Under the pieces are notes generated by a model. It saw only the letters and a program-made list of their open reading frames with translations. It made no database searches and was not told the origin of the DNA. A DNA stretch of 64,000 nucleotides from Candidatus Entotheonellaceae bacterium (lineage in GTDB: Bacteria > Tectomicrobia > Entotheonellia > Entotheonellales > Entotheonellaceae): the NCBI GenBank assembly GCA_965238075.1, contig OZ250173.1:2496001-2560000 (forward strand), given 5' to 3'. Both the position numbers and the translations under genes were made by a program. Of this stretch, positions 41,267 to 49,804 are shown in pieces; within the stretch, counting starts at the first letter, position 1; each line of letters starts with the position of its first letter.

Positions 41267-41411
41267 GGGTTTTTCTCATTTGCGCCGAGTGGGTTTGGAT
41301 CGCTGGTGGGCTTCGGAAAGGCCAGCAGCATAGCCCATATTCCGGCGCCGAGCCAGACCTGTTCGACGCCCGCCGCCGTTGGTCATGACAGCCTAAAGAG
41401 GACTTCCGTTC

Positions 41412-42248
41412 ATGCCGCCGAATTTTGCCGCCGTCCGAGAACGCTATCTCGGTGACCTTGTTGCCAACCAGTGGTACGACGTCCGCACCTTCGGCAAGAA
41501 ACAGAGGACGGCTCTCAGCCCACCCGCCTACCTCGTCGAGCTCATCCGGCACACGCAAGTGACGGCGGTGGAGATGCACAGCCATACGCCGCGCTCGGAC
41601 GGGCTGATCGAGCCGCAGCGCATCGCCGCCTGGACCAACGCCCTATACAAGAAAGGCTATTTCCGCCACGGACATCTGGCGGTGCCGCTCGTGGTGGTGG
41701 TTACCGATCACGATTACATCTATAGCTGCGACGAACTGCAAGCCGTTTCGGGCGACAGCGGCCTGACGCTGCTATCCGCTGCCGAGGTCAGCACCGCCCA
41801 CGGCCACGTGCTGTATTACGGCGCCCAGGATGAGGTCATCGCGTCCTGCGACCTGCGGCAGCCGCAGCTCACGGTGCAGCCTGACGGCCCGGCATTTCTT
41901 CGCCAAGTCGCTGGATTGGAAGGCGGCGTGGCGGTCCCAGCGCATCCCTATCGCGAAACGAGCATTTTGCGAGAGCTTCCGGGCGACGAGGTGGCACCCC
42001 TGCTCGGAACGGTGGAGATCCTGAACGGCAAGACCCCGGCAGATCAGAATCTGAGCGCCATCGAATACGCCCGCAAGCACGGCCTGCGCGGCACCGGCGG
42101 CAGCGATGCGCACCAGATATCCCGCCTATATTCCTACCTGACCCTGTTCGACGGCCCGATTCGCACCCTGAACGATCTGGTTCTCGGCCTGCGCCAGGGC
42201 GACTTCTTCCCCGTGCACGGCGAGCATTTGCGTTTCAAGGAAAGCTGA
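41412..42248 (+). CDS. PHP-domain metal-dependent phosphoesterase
   Basis: MHSHT..SDG, TDHD, AHPYR and GGSDAH motifs. Confidence 0.85.
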   Translation: MPPNFAAVRERYLGDLVANQWYDVRTFGKKQRTALSPPAYLVELIRHTQVTAVEMHSHTPRSDGLIEPQRIAAWTNALYKKGYFRHGHLAVPLVVVVTDHDYIYSCDELQAVSGDSGLTLLSAAEVSTAHGHVLYYGAQDEVIASCDLRQPQLTVQPDGPAFLRQVAGLEGGVAVPAHPYRETSILRELPGDEVAPLLGTVEILNGKTPADQNLSAIEYARKHGLRGTGGSDAHQISRLYSYLTLFDGPIRTLNDLVLGLRQGDFFPVHGEHLRFKES

Positions 42249-42274
42249 GGCGAGAGAACCGGCAAAACGGCGGG

Positions 42275-43990
42275 TCAGTAGCTGCCGTAGACGCCGAGTG
42301 AGGATCGCAGGCGTTCCTGCATCGGTTCGGAAGGATCGATGGTGACGTCAACGACCGCCGGTTTCTGACCACTGAGGGCCTCGCGTACGGCGGGTTTGAT
42401 GTCGTCCGGCTGTCTCACCTTGAGACCCACGCAGCCGTAGCCCTGCGCGACCGCCGCCCAGTCGGTGCGCACGAACTCCGAGGCGACCGGCTGATCCCCC
42501 TGTCCCTGGCGTACCATGCCCAATTGGGCGTCGTTCATCACCACGTACGTCACCGGCGCGTCATATTGCAAGGCGGTGCTCAGCACGTGATTCTGCATGG
42601 CGAAGCCGTCGCTGCATACCGACACGCATTGACGGTCGGGGTGGAGCAGCTTGGCCGTCAGCGCCGCCGGCAGCGACCAGCTCATGCCGGCAATGCCGTA
42701 GGTGCCGAAGTAGTTGCCGGCCTGCTGGGTTTGAAAGTAGCGCAGCATCCACACCCGGTTGTTGCCGGCGTCGGCGCATACGATGGCGTCGGGGTCTAGG
42801 GTTTCGGACAACTCTCTGGCCAGCCGTTGCGGGAGGATGGGCACGGCGCCTGAGGCGCTGTAGGTGTCGTCGAAGTAGTGGAGGGCCTGTTTGTCGGCTT
42901 GCAATTGGGAAAAGCGCGGCAGGTCGGTATAGGCGGGGCGTACACCGCCGTCGGCCAGTGCTTCGTTGAGTTGGGCGAGGGTGGCCTTGGCGTCACCGAT
43001 CAGGCCGAGATCGATGGGAAAGACCCAGCCGGCGTTGCGCGGCTCGACGTCGAGCTGGATCAGCGTCTGACGGTGGGGATCGATCAGGTGCGGACTTTCC
43101 GTAATCGTGTCCGGACCCTTTAACCGGCAGCCGACGATGAGCACGAGGTCGGCCTCGCTGATGACCTTGTTGGCCGCCGGTGAGCCGAAAATACCCATGC
43201 CGCCGAGCGCCAGCGGGTGGGCTTCCGCGAATACCCCTTTGCCCAGCGTGCTGGTGGCTACCGGGATGCCGAGGACCTCGGCCAGGGTTTGCAACTCGGC
43301 GTACGCCTTTGAAGCGTGCACGCCGTTGCCGGCCACGATCACGGGTCGTTCCGCGTCAAGCAGGCGCTCAACGGTGCGTTCGATGTCGCTGGGGTGCGGG
43401 ACCGTCGGAGCGTTCTGCATGTAACCCCGCGTGTCGTAGATGCGCGGGAATGTATCGTCCGTGATCTCGCCGCGCAGCGACTCGATGGCCAGCACTGCGG
43501 CCGTCGGACCCGGGCGTCCGGTGACCGCGTGCTTGATGGCCCGCTGCACCGCCTGCACGCCCTCGCCGGGGCTGTGAGCGACCGCGGTGAATTTGCAGGT
43601 CGCCTTGAAAATCGCCGCGATGTCGAAGTTGCCGTACTCCCCGCCGCCGCATTGCAGGGAGCCGTGTCCGGGCGGCACGCCGTACGTGGTGATGTCGGTA
43701 ATCACCAGCATCGGCGAGCTGCCGAGCCCCGCTTCGATGACGCCGAACAGCCCGGTGGAGGCGGCGTAGCAGCCCTGCGCCATGAACACCCCCGGCTTGC
43801 CGGTCAGGCGGCCATACATGTCGGCCATGCACGCCGCCGTCTGCTCGTCGCGTGCCAGCACCACCTTGATTTTGTCCTGCTTGCCATACAGCGCCTTGAA
43901 TATCTGGCCGGTGTCGCCGCCGGGAAGGCCGAAGACGTGGTCGATGCCTGCCTCTTCGAGAACGTCGACAATTTTATCGACGGTGCGCAT
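42275..43990 (-). CDS. Thiamine-diphosphate-dependent enzyme (acetolactate synthase-like)
   Basis: VFGLPG, RDE..A..MA..Y, GRPGP and a degenerate ThDP motif SDGFAM...MND. Confidence 0.85.
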   Translation of the reverse strand: MRTVDKIVDVLEEAGIDHVFGLPGGDTGQIFKALYGKQDKIKVVLARDEQTAACMADMYGRLTGKPGVFMAQGCYAASTGLFGVIEAGLGSSPMLVITDITTYGVPPGHGSLQCGGGEYGNFDIAAIFKATCKFTAVAHSPGEGVQAVQRAIKHAVTGRPGPTAAVLAIESLRGEITDDTFPRIYDTRGYMQNAPTVPHPSDIERTVERLLDAERPVIVAGNGVHASKAYAELQTLAEVLGIPVATSTLGKGVFAEAHPLALGGMGIFGSPAANKVISEADLVLIVGCRLKGPDTITESPHLIDPHRQTLIQLDVEPRNAGWVFPIDLGLIGDAKATLAQLNEALADGGVRPAYTDLPRFSQLQADKQALHYFDDTYSASGAVPILPQRLARELSETLDPDAIVCADAGNNRVWMLRYFQTQQAGNYFGTYGIAGMSWSLPAALTAKLLHPDRQCVSVCSDGFAMQNHVLSTALQYDAPVTYVVMNDAQLGMVRQGQGDQPVASEFVRTDWAAVAQGYGCVGLKVRQPDDIKPAVREALSGQKPAVVDVTIDPSEPMQERLRSSLGVYGSY

Positions 43991-44072
43991 GCCGAGATTT
44001 CCTCACATGAGCTGGGGTCCGGAGCCGTTTTTGCACCAAAATCAGGGGTTTCTGGAAGATCAGGCGCCTTCC

Positions 44073-44274
44073 TGTGGATAAACGCGGCACTTGTATGCTG
44101 CGTTTTGCAGCAGTTGTCTGCTACAAATTTGTGCAATCCCATAAGCCATGGTAAATCAGATACATATGGAATTAACGTAGAGATGGGTATTTTGCTCTAA
44201 AACCGCGAAATAGCGTCATTTAGCCGCCCTGCGAGTTCCTCTTTTCCCCATCTTTTCCACAAAACCTGTCAACA
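44073..44274. promoter_or_regulatory. DnaA-box cluster flanking an AT-rich stretch
   Basis: TGTGGATAA (perfect, 44073), TTTTCCCCA (44242), TTTTCCACA (44253) and weaker copies. Confidence 0.4.
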
Positions 44275-44309
44275 ACTCCGTTAGCTTATTCAATTGCCGC
44301 ATTTTGGAC

Positions 44310-45452
44310 CTATGCGGCGACCTCGTCGGGCAGATTGATGCCGTAGAGGCTGAGAACGTTCCGGCTGGTCATTCTTTCCTTTTCGTCTTCGGGAACGCCC
44401 TCGAAAATGCGATCTAATACCGACATGGAATGCGGCCAGATGGAGTCGTGGTGCGGGTAGTCGTTACCCCAGATGAGGTTGTCCACGCCGATCAGGTGGC
44501 GGGTCAGAACGCCGGCCACATCGTCCTCAAAAGTGGCGTAGAACTGGCGCCGGAAATAATCGCTGGGCTCCATCGTGAGGTCGGGGGACGCTTCCGAGCG
44601 GGTGCGATAGGTGGCGTGGTCGAGGCGCTGCAGGATGTGCGCCAGCCAGCCGGTTTCGAATTCGCAGCACACGAAGCGCAGCTTGGGATGATGCTCGGCA
44701 ACGCCGCCGCAAATCAGTTGCGCCATGGTGGCGACCATACCGCCGTGCGTCATGGTGTAGCCAATGATGCTGCGTCCGGGGTTGCCCCAGTGCGCCGGCA
44801 GGCCCATGTCCGGCGTGCTGCCGCAGAAGATGTGCATGGAGACGGGCAGGTTCACCTCTTCCGCCGCTTCCCAGAAGGGCTCAAAATCCGGGTGGTTGTA
44901 CGGTTTGTCGAGCGGCGCCGTGCAGGGGATGGCCACGCCGCGGATGCCCATCTTGGCAACGCGGTGCAATTCGGCGATGGCTTCCTCGACGTCGGGCAGG
45001 GGTAGGCAGGCGATGCCGATCAGGCGGTCCGGGGCATGGCTTCCGTACTCATGGATCCAGTCGTTGTGCCGCCGGAACACCGCGTGCACCACGTCCCGCT
45101 CGGGGTAGGCGAACGCCGCCATGTTGACGCTGGGATACATGACCTCGCCGACGATGCCGTCGACCGCTTGTTCCTCAAGACGGGCCGCCGGATTGTGAAC
45201 ACCCGGGTTCAAGCCGTCGTAGCCGAGAGCCATGAGCTCATGCGTCTTGGGATTGTCGAGGCGATTGCCGGCGATGCCGAGGCGGCCGATATTCATGAGC
45301 GTCTCGCCATAGGCCACGTAAGTGCCCTTGCGTCCGTCCGGGTCGTTCACGATACGCGGCGCGCGGCTGCCGAAACGTTCTTCCAAGCCGGCAAATACCT
45401 CGGGCGGTTCGACGACGTGCGAGTCGCATGAATAATACCTGCTCATGGTCAT
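44310..45452 (-). CDS. Amidohydrolase_2 family metal-dependent hydrolase
   Basis: CDSHVVEP, MYPS, SMH, EFETGW and WGNDYPHHD motifs. Confidence 0.88.
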   Translation of the reverse strand: MTMSRYYSCDSHVVEPPEVFAGLEERFGSRAPRIVNDPDGRKGTYVAYGETLMNIGRLGIAGNRLDNPKTHELMALGYDGLNPGVHNPAARLEEQAVDGIVGEVMYPSVNMAAFAYPERDVVHAVFRRHNDWIHEYGSHAPDRLIGIACLPLPDVEEAIAELHRVAKMGIRGVAIPCTAPLDKPYNHPDFEPFWEAAEEVNLPVSMHIFCGSTPDMGLPAHWGNPGRSIIGYTMTHGGMVATMAQLICGGVAEHHPKLRFVCCEFETGWLAHILQRLDHATYRTRSEASPDLTMEPSDYFRRQFYATFEDDVAGVLTRHLIGVDNLIWGNDYPHHDSIWPHSMSVLDRIFEGVPEDEKERMTSRNVLSLYGINLPDEVAA

Positions 45453-45510
45453 GTCTCCTTTTGGTTATCGGGCCATCGGAACCTCAAAGCGGGGCGCTAG
45501 TCTGGTCTTT

Positions 45511-46212
45511 CTACCCCAAAAAATCAAGCAGCCGCCGGGCCGATTCGGGGTCGAGACGGCGGCTGGTCTCCTGGCGCGCAACCCCCTGCAGCTGGTGCCA
45601 ATGGGCTTGCAGAAAATGTACGACGCGCGGTTCATCGTGCTTGCTCAACTCCCGCAGCCACCAGCCGATGGCCTTCTGGACGAACCACTCCGGGTCGGCG
45701 GCGTATCCGGCGGCCCACGTCAGGACGCGTTCGGGGTCGTGGCCGGGCTTCGCGTACGGCAGGGTGTAGACGAGCGCTGCCCGGCGTCGCCAGATACCGG
45801 GGTGCATCGTCCAGCGTTCCATGTCGTCGAGGACGGCGGGGTCGTCCAACAGGCATTTCCAGGCTGCCGGGGCCAGGACGTCTTCCAGAGCCCAGCTGTT
45901 CACATCGTCCAGCCAAGCGTCGAGGGTGTGCCAGAGCCGGGGCGAGACAGGTATCTCCCGGCGGCCCAGAATGCGACCTGGGGCCATCATCAGATCGAAG
46001 GTGCCGCTGTCCCACAGTGCCTGAGCCAGTTGCAGCAGCCCCGCCGTCGTGTGCTGTTTGACGTCACATTTGACCACGCTGTCGAGTTGCGGCATTTTGA
46101 TACCCCAGTGCGGCCGCGCTGATTTGTGGTATTGCCGGTCGCGTTCGGCGCGTGCCGGGTCCGTCAACGCCCGGACCGCCTGGATGAACTGCGGCGCAGG
46201 TTCAGGACCCAT
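45511..46212 (-). CDS. DNA alkylation repair protein (AlkD-like HEAT repeat)
   Basis: NSWALED, IWRRRAA and WFVQKAIGWWLRELSK motifs. GGAGG RBS before ATG 46212. Confidence 0.85.
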   Translation of the reverse strand: MGPEPAPQFIQAVRALTDPARAERDRQYHKSARPHWGIKMPQLDSVVKCDVKQHTTAGLLQLAQALWDSGTFDLMMAPGRILGRREIPVSPRLWHTLDAWLDDVNSWALEDVLAPAAWKCLLDDPAVLDDMERWTMHPGIWRRRAALVYTLPYAKPGHDPERVLTWAAGYAADPEWFVQKAIGWWLRELSKHDEPRVVHFLQAHWHQLQGVARQETSRRLDPESARRLLDFLG

Positions 46213-46263
46213 GTCTGACGCCTCCACGTATGCGTAACCCGAGATGATGCAAGGAGAATTGCC

Positions 46264-47748
46264 GTGTTTGAAGCGGCCGAGGTAGGGCACAAAATACGGA
46301 AAGCCGAATACGAGGCCCTCGTTCCCCAGCTCCGGGTTGACTTGGTCAACGCGCAGTACGATCTGCGCACGGCGGGTTTTCCGGTCATCATCGTCATCGC
46401 CGGTAACGACCGGGCGGGGTGCAACGACATTCTGCGCAAGCTGCATGAGGTCATGGACGCCCGGTTCATGCAGACTAACGCGCTGGGGCTGCCGACCGAA
46501 GAGGAGCTCGAACGCCCGCGTTTCTGGCGCTACTGGCGCCGGCTGCCGCCCCGCGGACGCATCGGCATCTTTCTCGGCGCCTGGGTGGGCGCCCTGATCC
46601 GGGAGCGTTTTGACAGCACCCTTGACCCGATGCAGGTGCGGCAGCAGATCGATCACATCCGGCGTTTCGAAGAACACTTGGTCAACGACGGCGCCCTGCT
46701 GCTGAAGTTCTGGCTGCACCTGCCGAAACAGGAACTTAAGAAGCGTCTGAAGCAGGCCAGGAAACACCCCGAGCGGGGTTGGCAGGTCGATACCGAGGAC
46801 TGGGAGATATACAGCCGCTATGCCAAGGTACTGCCAATCGCCGAGCAGGTGGTGCGCGAGACGAGCACCGGCGAGGCCCCCTGGCACATCGTGGAAAGTA
46901 CCGATCCGCATTACCGCAATTTACACATCACCCGCACTATCTTGGAAAGCCTGACCCGGCGGCTGACGCAGCCGCAGGCCGTGGTTTCGCCGTCCGGCAA
47001 TGGGCAGGTTGTCAATACGATTACCGAAGATGATCCGACCATCCTCGATACGGTCGATCTCAGCAGGAAGCTGCCGCGTGCCGAATACCGTGCGCAACTG
47101 CGGACGTACCAGGCGCAGTTGGACCGCCTGACGCGCCAGGCGCGCGAGGTCGGCCTCACCAGCGTCCTGGTGTTCGAGGGCTGGGACGCCGCCGGCAAGG
47201 GCGGGGTGATCCGGCGCCTGATTACCGCCATGGACCCGGTGAATTTTCAAATCGTGGCCACCGCCGCGCCCACCGAGGAGGAAAAGGCGCACCATTACCT
47301 ATGGCGTTTCTGGCGCCATCTGCCGCGTGCCGGCCGGGTGCTTATCTTCGACCGCAGTTGGTATGGGCGCATCCTGGTGGAGCGCATTGAGGGTTTCGCC
47401 AGCGAGCCCGAGTGGCGGCGCGCCTACAGCGAGATCAATGCCTTCGAGGAGCAGTTGAGCGAGCACGGCATCCTGCTGATGAAGTTCTGGCTGCACATCG
47501 ACGCGGACGAGCAAATGCGTCGTTTTCAGGCCCGCCTGGAAACCCCGTACAAGAAGTTCAAAATGACCGAAGAGGACTACCGCAACCGCGAGAAGTGGCG
47601 AGACTACGAACTGGCCCTGCACGAGATGGTGCAGCGTACCAGCACCGAGTACGCCCCCTGGCACCTGGTGGCCGCCAACAACAAGCCGTGGGCGCGCATC
47701 GAGGTGCTGAAGATGCATTGCCGCCAGTTGAAGCGCCGGCTGGGATAG
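46264..47748 (+). CDS. Two-domain polyphosphate kinase 2 (polyphosphate:AMP phosphotransferase)
   Basis: Degenerate first PPK2 domain. Second domain has EGWDAAGKGG, DRSWYGR and KFWLHI. Confidence 0.92.
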   Translation: MFEAAEVGHKIRKAEYEALVPQLRVDLVNAQYDLRTAGFPVIIVIAGNDRAGCNDILRKLHEVMDARFMQTNALGLPTEEELERPRFWRYWRRLPPRGRIGIFLGAWVGALIRERFDSTLDPMQVRQQIDHIRRFEEHLVNDGALLLKFWLHLPKQELKKRLKQARKHPERGWQVDTEDWEIYSRYAKVLPIAEQVVRETSTGEAPWHIVESTDPHYRNLHITRTILESLTRRLTQPQAVVSPSGNGQVVNTITEDDPTILDTVDLSRKLPRAEYRAQLRTYQAQLDRLTRQAREVGLTSVLVFEGWDAAGKGGVIRRLITAMDPVNFQIVATAAPTEEEKAHHYLWRFWRHLPRAGRVLIFDRSWYGRILVERIEGFASEPEWRRAYSEINAFEEQLSEHGILLMKFWLHIDADEQMRRFQARLETPYKKFKMTEEDYRNREKWRDYELALHEMVQRTSTEYAPWHLVAANNKPWARIEVLKMHCRQLKRRLG

Positions 47749-47750
47749 AG

Positions 47751-48953
47751 TCAGAAAAACCGGGACAGCCGAAGCTGCACGTAGTCGTCCCGCCGCACGC
47801 TGTAGAGCAGGGCCGCTGACGGCACGTCGAAAAAGGCCACGGCTTCCAGTTCGATGGTCCAGCGGTCCCCGATGCGGCGGCTGGCCTCGATAAGGGCGAA
47901 TGTCGCGCCAGATTTGTCGTCAACGATGCCCCCCGCGAGAATGCTGGTGCTGCCGACGTCGTTGAAGGCCAGGCGGGCGCCGACAAACACGTCGTTTTCA
48001 AACGGTGTGCCGGGAGCCGCGGCGCTGCGGCCGTCGTAAAGGTATTCACCCAGCACGCCGAGGTCGAGTGTCGTACCCAACAGGTTGAAGAAGGTGTACT
48101 CGAACCCGGCGACGACGGCGCTGAAGCGGTCGCCGTGGCCCCAGCGGGTGATGGCTTCGAGCTTCCAAAGCCAGGCTTCAACCGTCCACTGCAGCTCGAG
48201 GCTGGCCTGGTCCATCTGGTCATAGACGGGGATCAAGCGAGGCTCGCCGTCGTCGCGAATGTCCAAGGTAAAACGCGGTTCCCGACTGGTGCCGCTGAAA
48301 TACCCGGCGGCGACGTCCCAGTCGCCCAACGCGTGGGTCCAGCGCGCTGCGACATCAGGATGCCATTCCTTCAGTGACGACTCGAACTGCGCGTTGTCCG
48401 TATCCACCACCAGCCCGGCGCGCAGCCGCCCCTCGCCGCCGGGGTAGGTGGGCTGGCGAAAATAGGGCAACACAAAGAACGTCAGTGTGCCCCAGTCCCG
48501 CGCCAAAGCCAGCCGCAGCATGGGTTGCCCCAGCTTGTCCTCACCATCCGAGTCCTCCACGAGGTCCGTCTGGTTGATCACGTCCACCAAATGCCGCGAT
48601 TCCGTCACGCCCCAGAACACCTTGCCGATGCCAACCAACACGTCCCAGGTCGGGGCGGCGTGCAGCCAGTTGAATTCTCGCAGGTCGAAGCGCCGGCGCC
48701 GGTCGTCGCTGAAGTCCAGGCGCGCCATCGGCACCACAGTCAGGTGGTCATTGCCGTTCGGCCAATCGTAGTAAAACTCGGGTTGCAACAGGAAGGAAGG
48801 CAGTACCTGATTGGTGTCTTGTTGCGGAAAGCTCGGCTGGTGCGGGAAACCCCGAACATCCAGCGCCACGAAACCTGATAAGGACGGCTGGGCTGCCGCC
48901 GTCACCGTCATGACCAGAACCAGCCAGGCGGCGCCCAGCCATCGGTGGCCCAT
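47751..48953 (-). CDS. Putative outer-membrane beta-barrel associated with the MMPL/LolA-like system
   Basis: Signal peptide, FWGVTES.HLVDVINQTD, amphipathic strands and C-terminal Phe. Confidence 0.7.
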   Translation of the reverse strand: MGHRWLGAAWLVLVMTVTAAAQPSLSGFVALDVRGFPHQPSFPQQDTNQVLPSFLLQPEFYYDWPNGNDHLTVVPMARLDFSDDRRRRFDLREFNWLHAAPTWDVLVGIGKVFWGVTESRHLVDVINQTDLVEDSDGEDKLGQPMLRLALARDWGTLTFFVLPYFRQPTYPGGEGRLRAGLVVDTDNAQFESSLKEWHPDVAARWTHALGDWDVAAGYFSGTSREPRFTLDIRDDGEPRLIPVYDQMDQASLELQWTVEAWLWKLEAITRWGHGDRFSAVVAGFEYTFFNLLGTTLDLGVLGEYLYDGRSAAAPGTPFENDVFVGARLAFNDVGSTSILAGGIVDDKSGATFALIEASRRIGDRWTIELEAVAFFDVPSAALLYSVRRDDYVQLRLSRFF

Positions 48954-48958
48954 GAGGG

Positions 48959-49804
48959 TCACCGCGACCGTCTCAGGGCATTGCGCGTGAAGTCCGCCTC
49001 GGTCAGCCCAACGCGGAAACGGAGGTCGCTGTAGCTGAGTCGGGTGCTCTTGCCAGTCTGGTGGTTGTGCATGTCCAGAATCAAGGCGCGCCAATACTGG
49101 TCGAGGTATTGCCGGTAGTCGGAAAACGTCAGGGTTTTCAGGAGGTCATTCTTGCGATCATAGAAATCCACTTTCCAGAAGCGGTACTCGTCGTGGTCAA
49201 TCCAGGTGAACTGCCGGGTGTAGCCGGAGTCCTTGTACACCGGTACCCGTTCAACCACGAAGCATTGCAACTCGCCGCAGGGCTCGTCGCGCAGATAACG
49301 ATGCGTGTATTTGGCCACCTCCTGTGACGCCAAGTCTTCGTAGGCGAATTCGCTGCCGAGGAACGGCCCGGACTTGTTGGCCGAGGAGATGCGCTTGACG
49401 CGCTTGAGCGCCGGCAGGTACAGCCACTGGTCATCCTGTTCGTTGACATGAGTGAAGGTGAGCAGGGCGGTGCCGCGCACGTCGGGCGGGCTCTGGATGA
49501 CGCTCAGGATCTTGTCGCCGTCGCCTTCGTCGGGCACTTCCAGGGTATTAAGGCGCAGCTCGCGGGTGCTCGTTTGGCCGTTGGCGTTTTTCAGGATCAT
49601 CCTCAACACAGCCACGGAATTGCCAAAGCCAAGGTCTCGCCGGTCCGCTTCCATAGAAATCTCCAAGCCCTTCTGATCCTCCGGGCTCTGCGCTGCCGCG
49701 GCCAGCGGCAGGAGGGCAATGAGCAGCAGGCACGTCCAGCGCGGCAGGCCTCCCCACCGGCGCCGGTGGGTGGGTTGCGTTAGTTTGGGGGTGTGTTCAG
49801 ACAT
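48959..49804 (-). CDS. LolA-like outer membrane lipoprotein-sorting family protein
   Basis: PPDVRGTALL, DDQWLYLPALKRVKRI and FLGSEFAYED motifs. Confidence 0.88.
   Translation of the reverse strand: MSEHTPKLTQPTHRRRWGGLPRWTCLLLIALLPLAAAAQSPEDQKGLEISMEADRRDLGFGNSVAVLRMILKNANGQTSTRELRLNTLEVPDEGDGDKILSVIQSPPDVRGTALLTFTHVNEQDDQWLYLPALKRVKRISSANKSGPFLGSEFAYEDLASQEVAKYTHRYLRDEPCGELQCFVVERVPVYKDSGYTRQFTWIDHDEYRFWKVDFYDRKNDLLKTLTFSDYRQYLDQYWRALILDMHNHQTGKSTRLSYSDLRFRVGLTEADFTRNALRRSR

Noticed and set aside
46213-46911. N-terminal extension of the 466-aa ORF 45511..46911
   Set aside because: Overlaps the PPK2 gene on the opposite strand. The AlkD-like gene has its own RBS and ATG at 46212.
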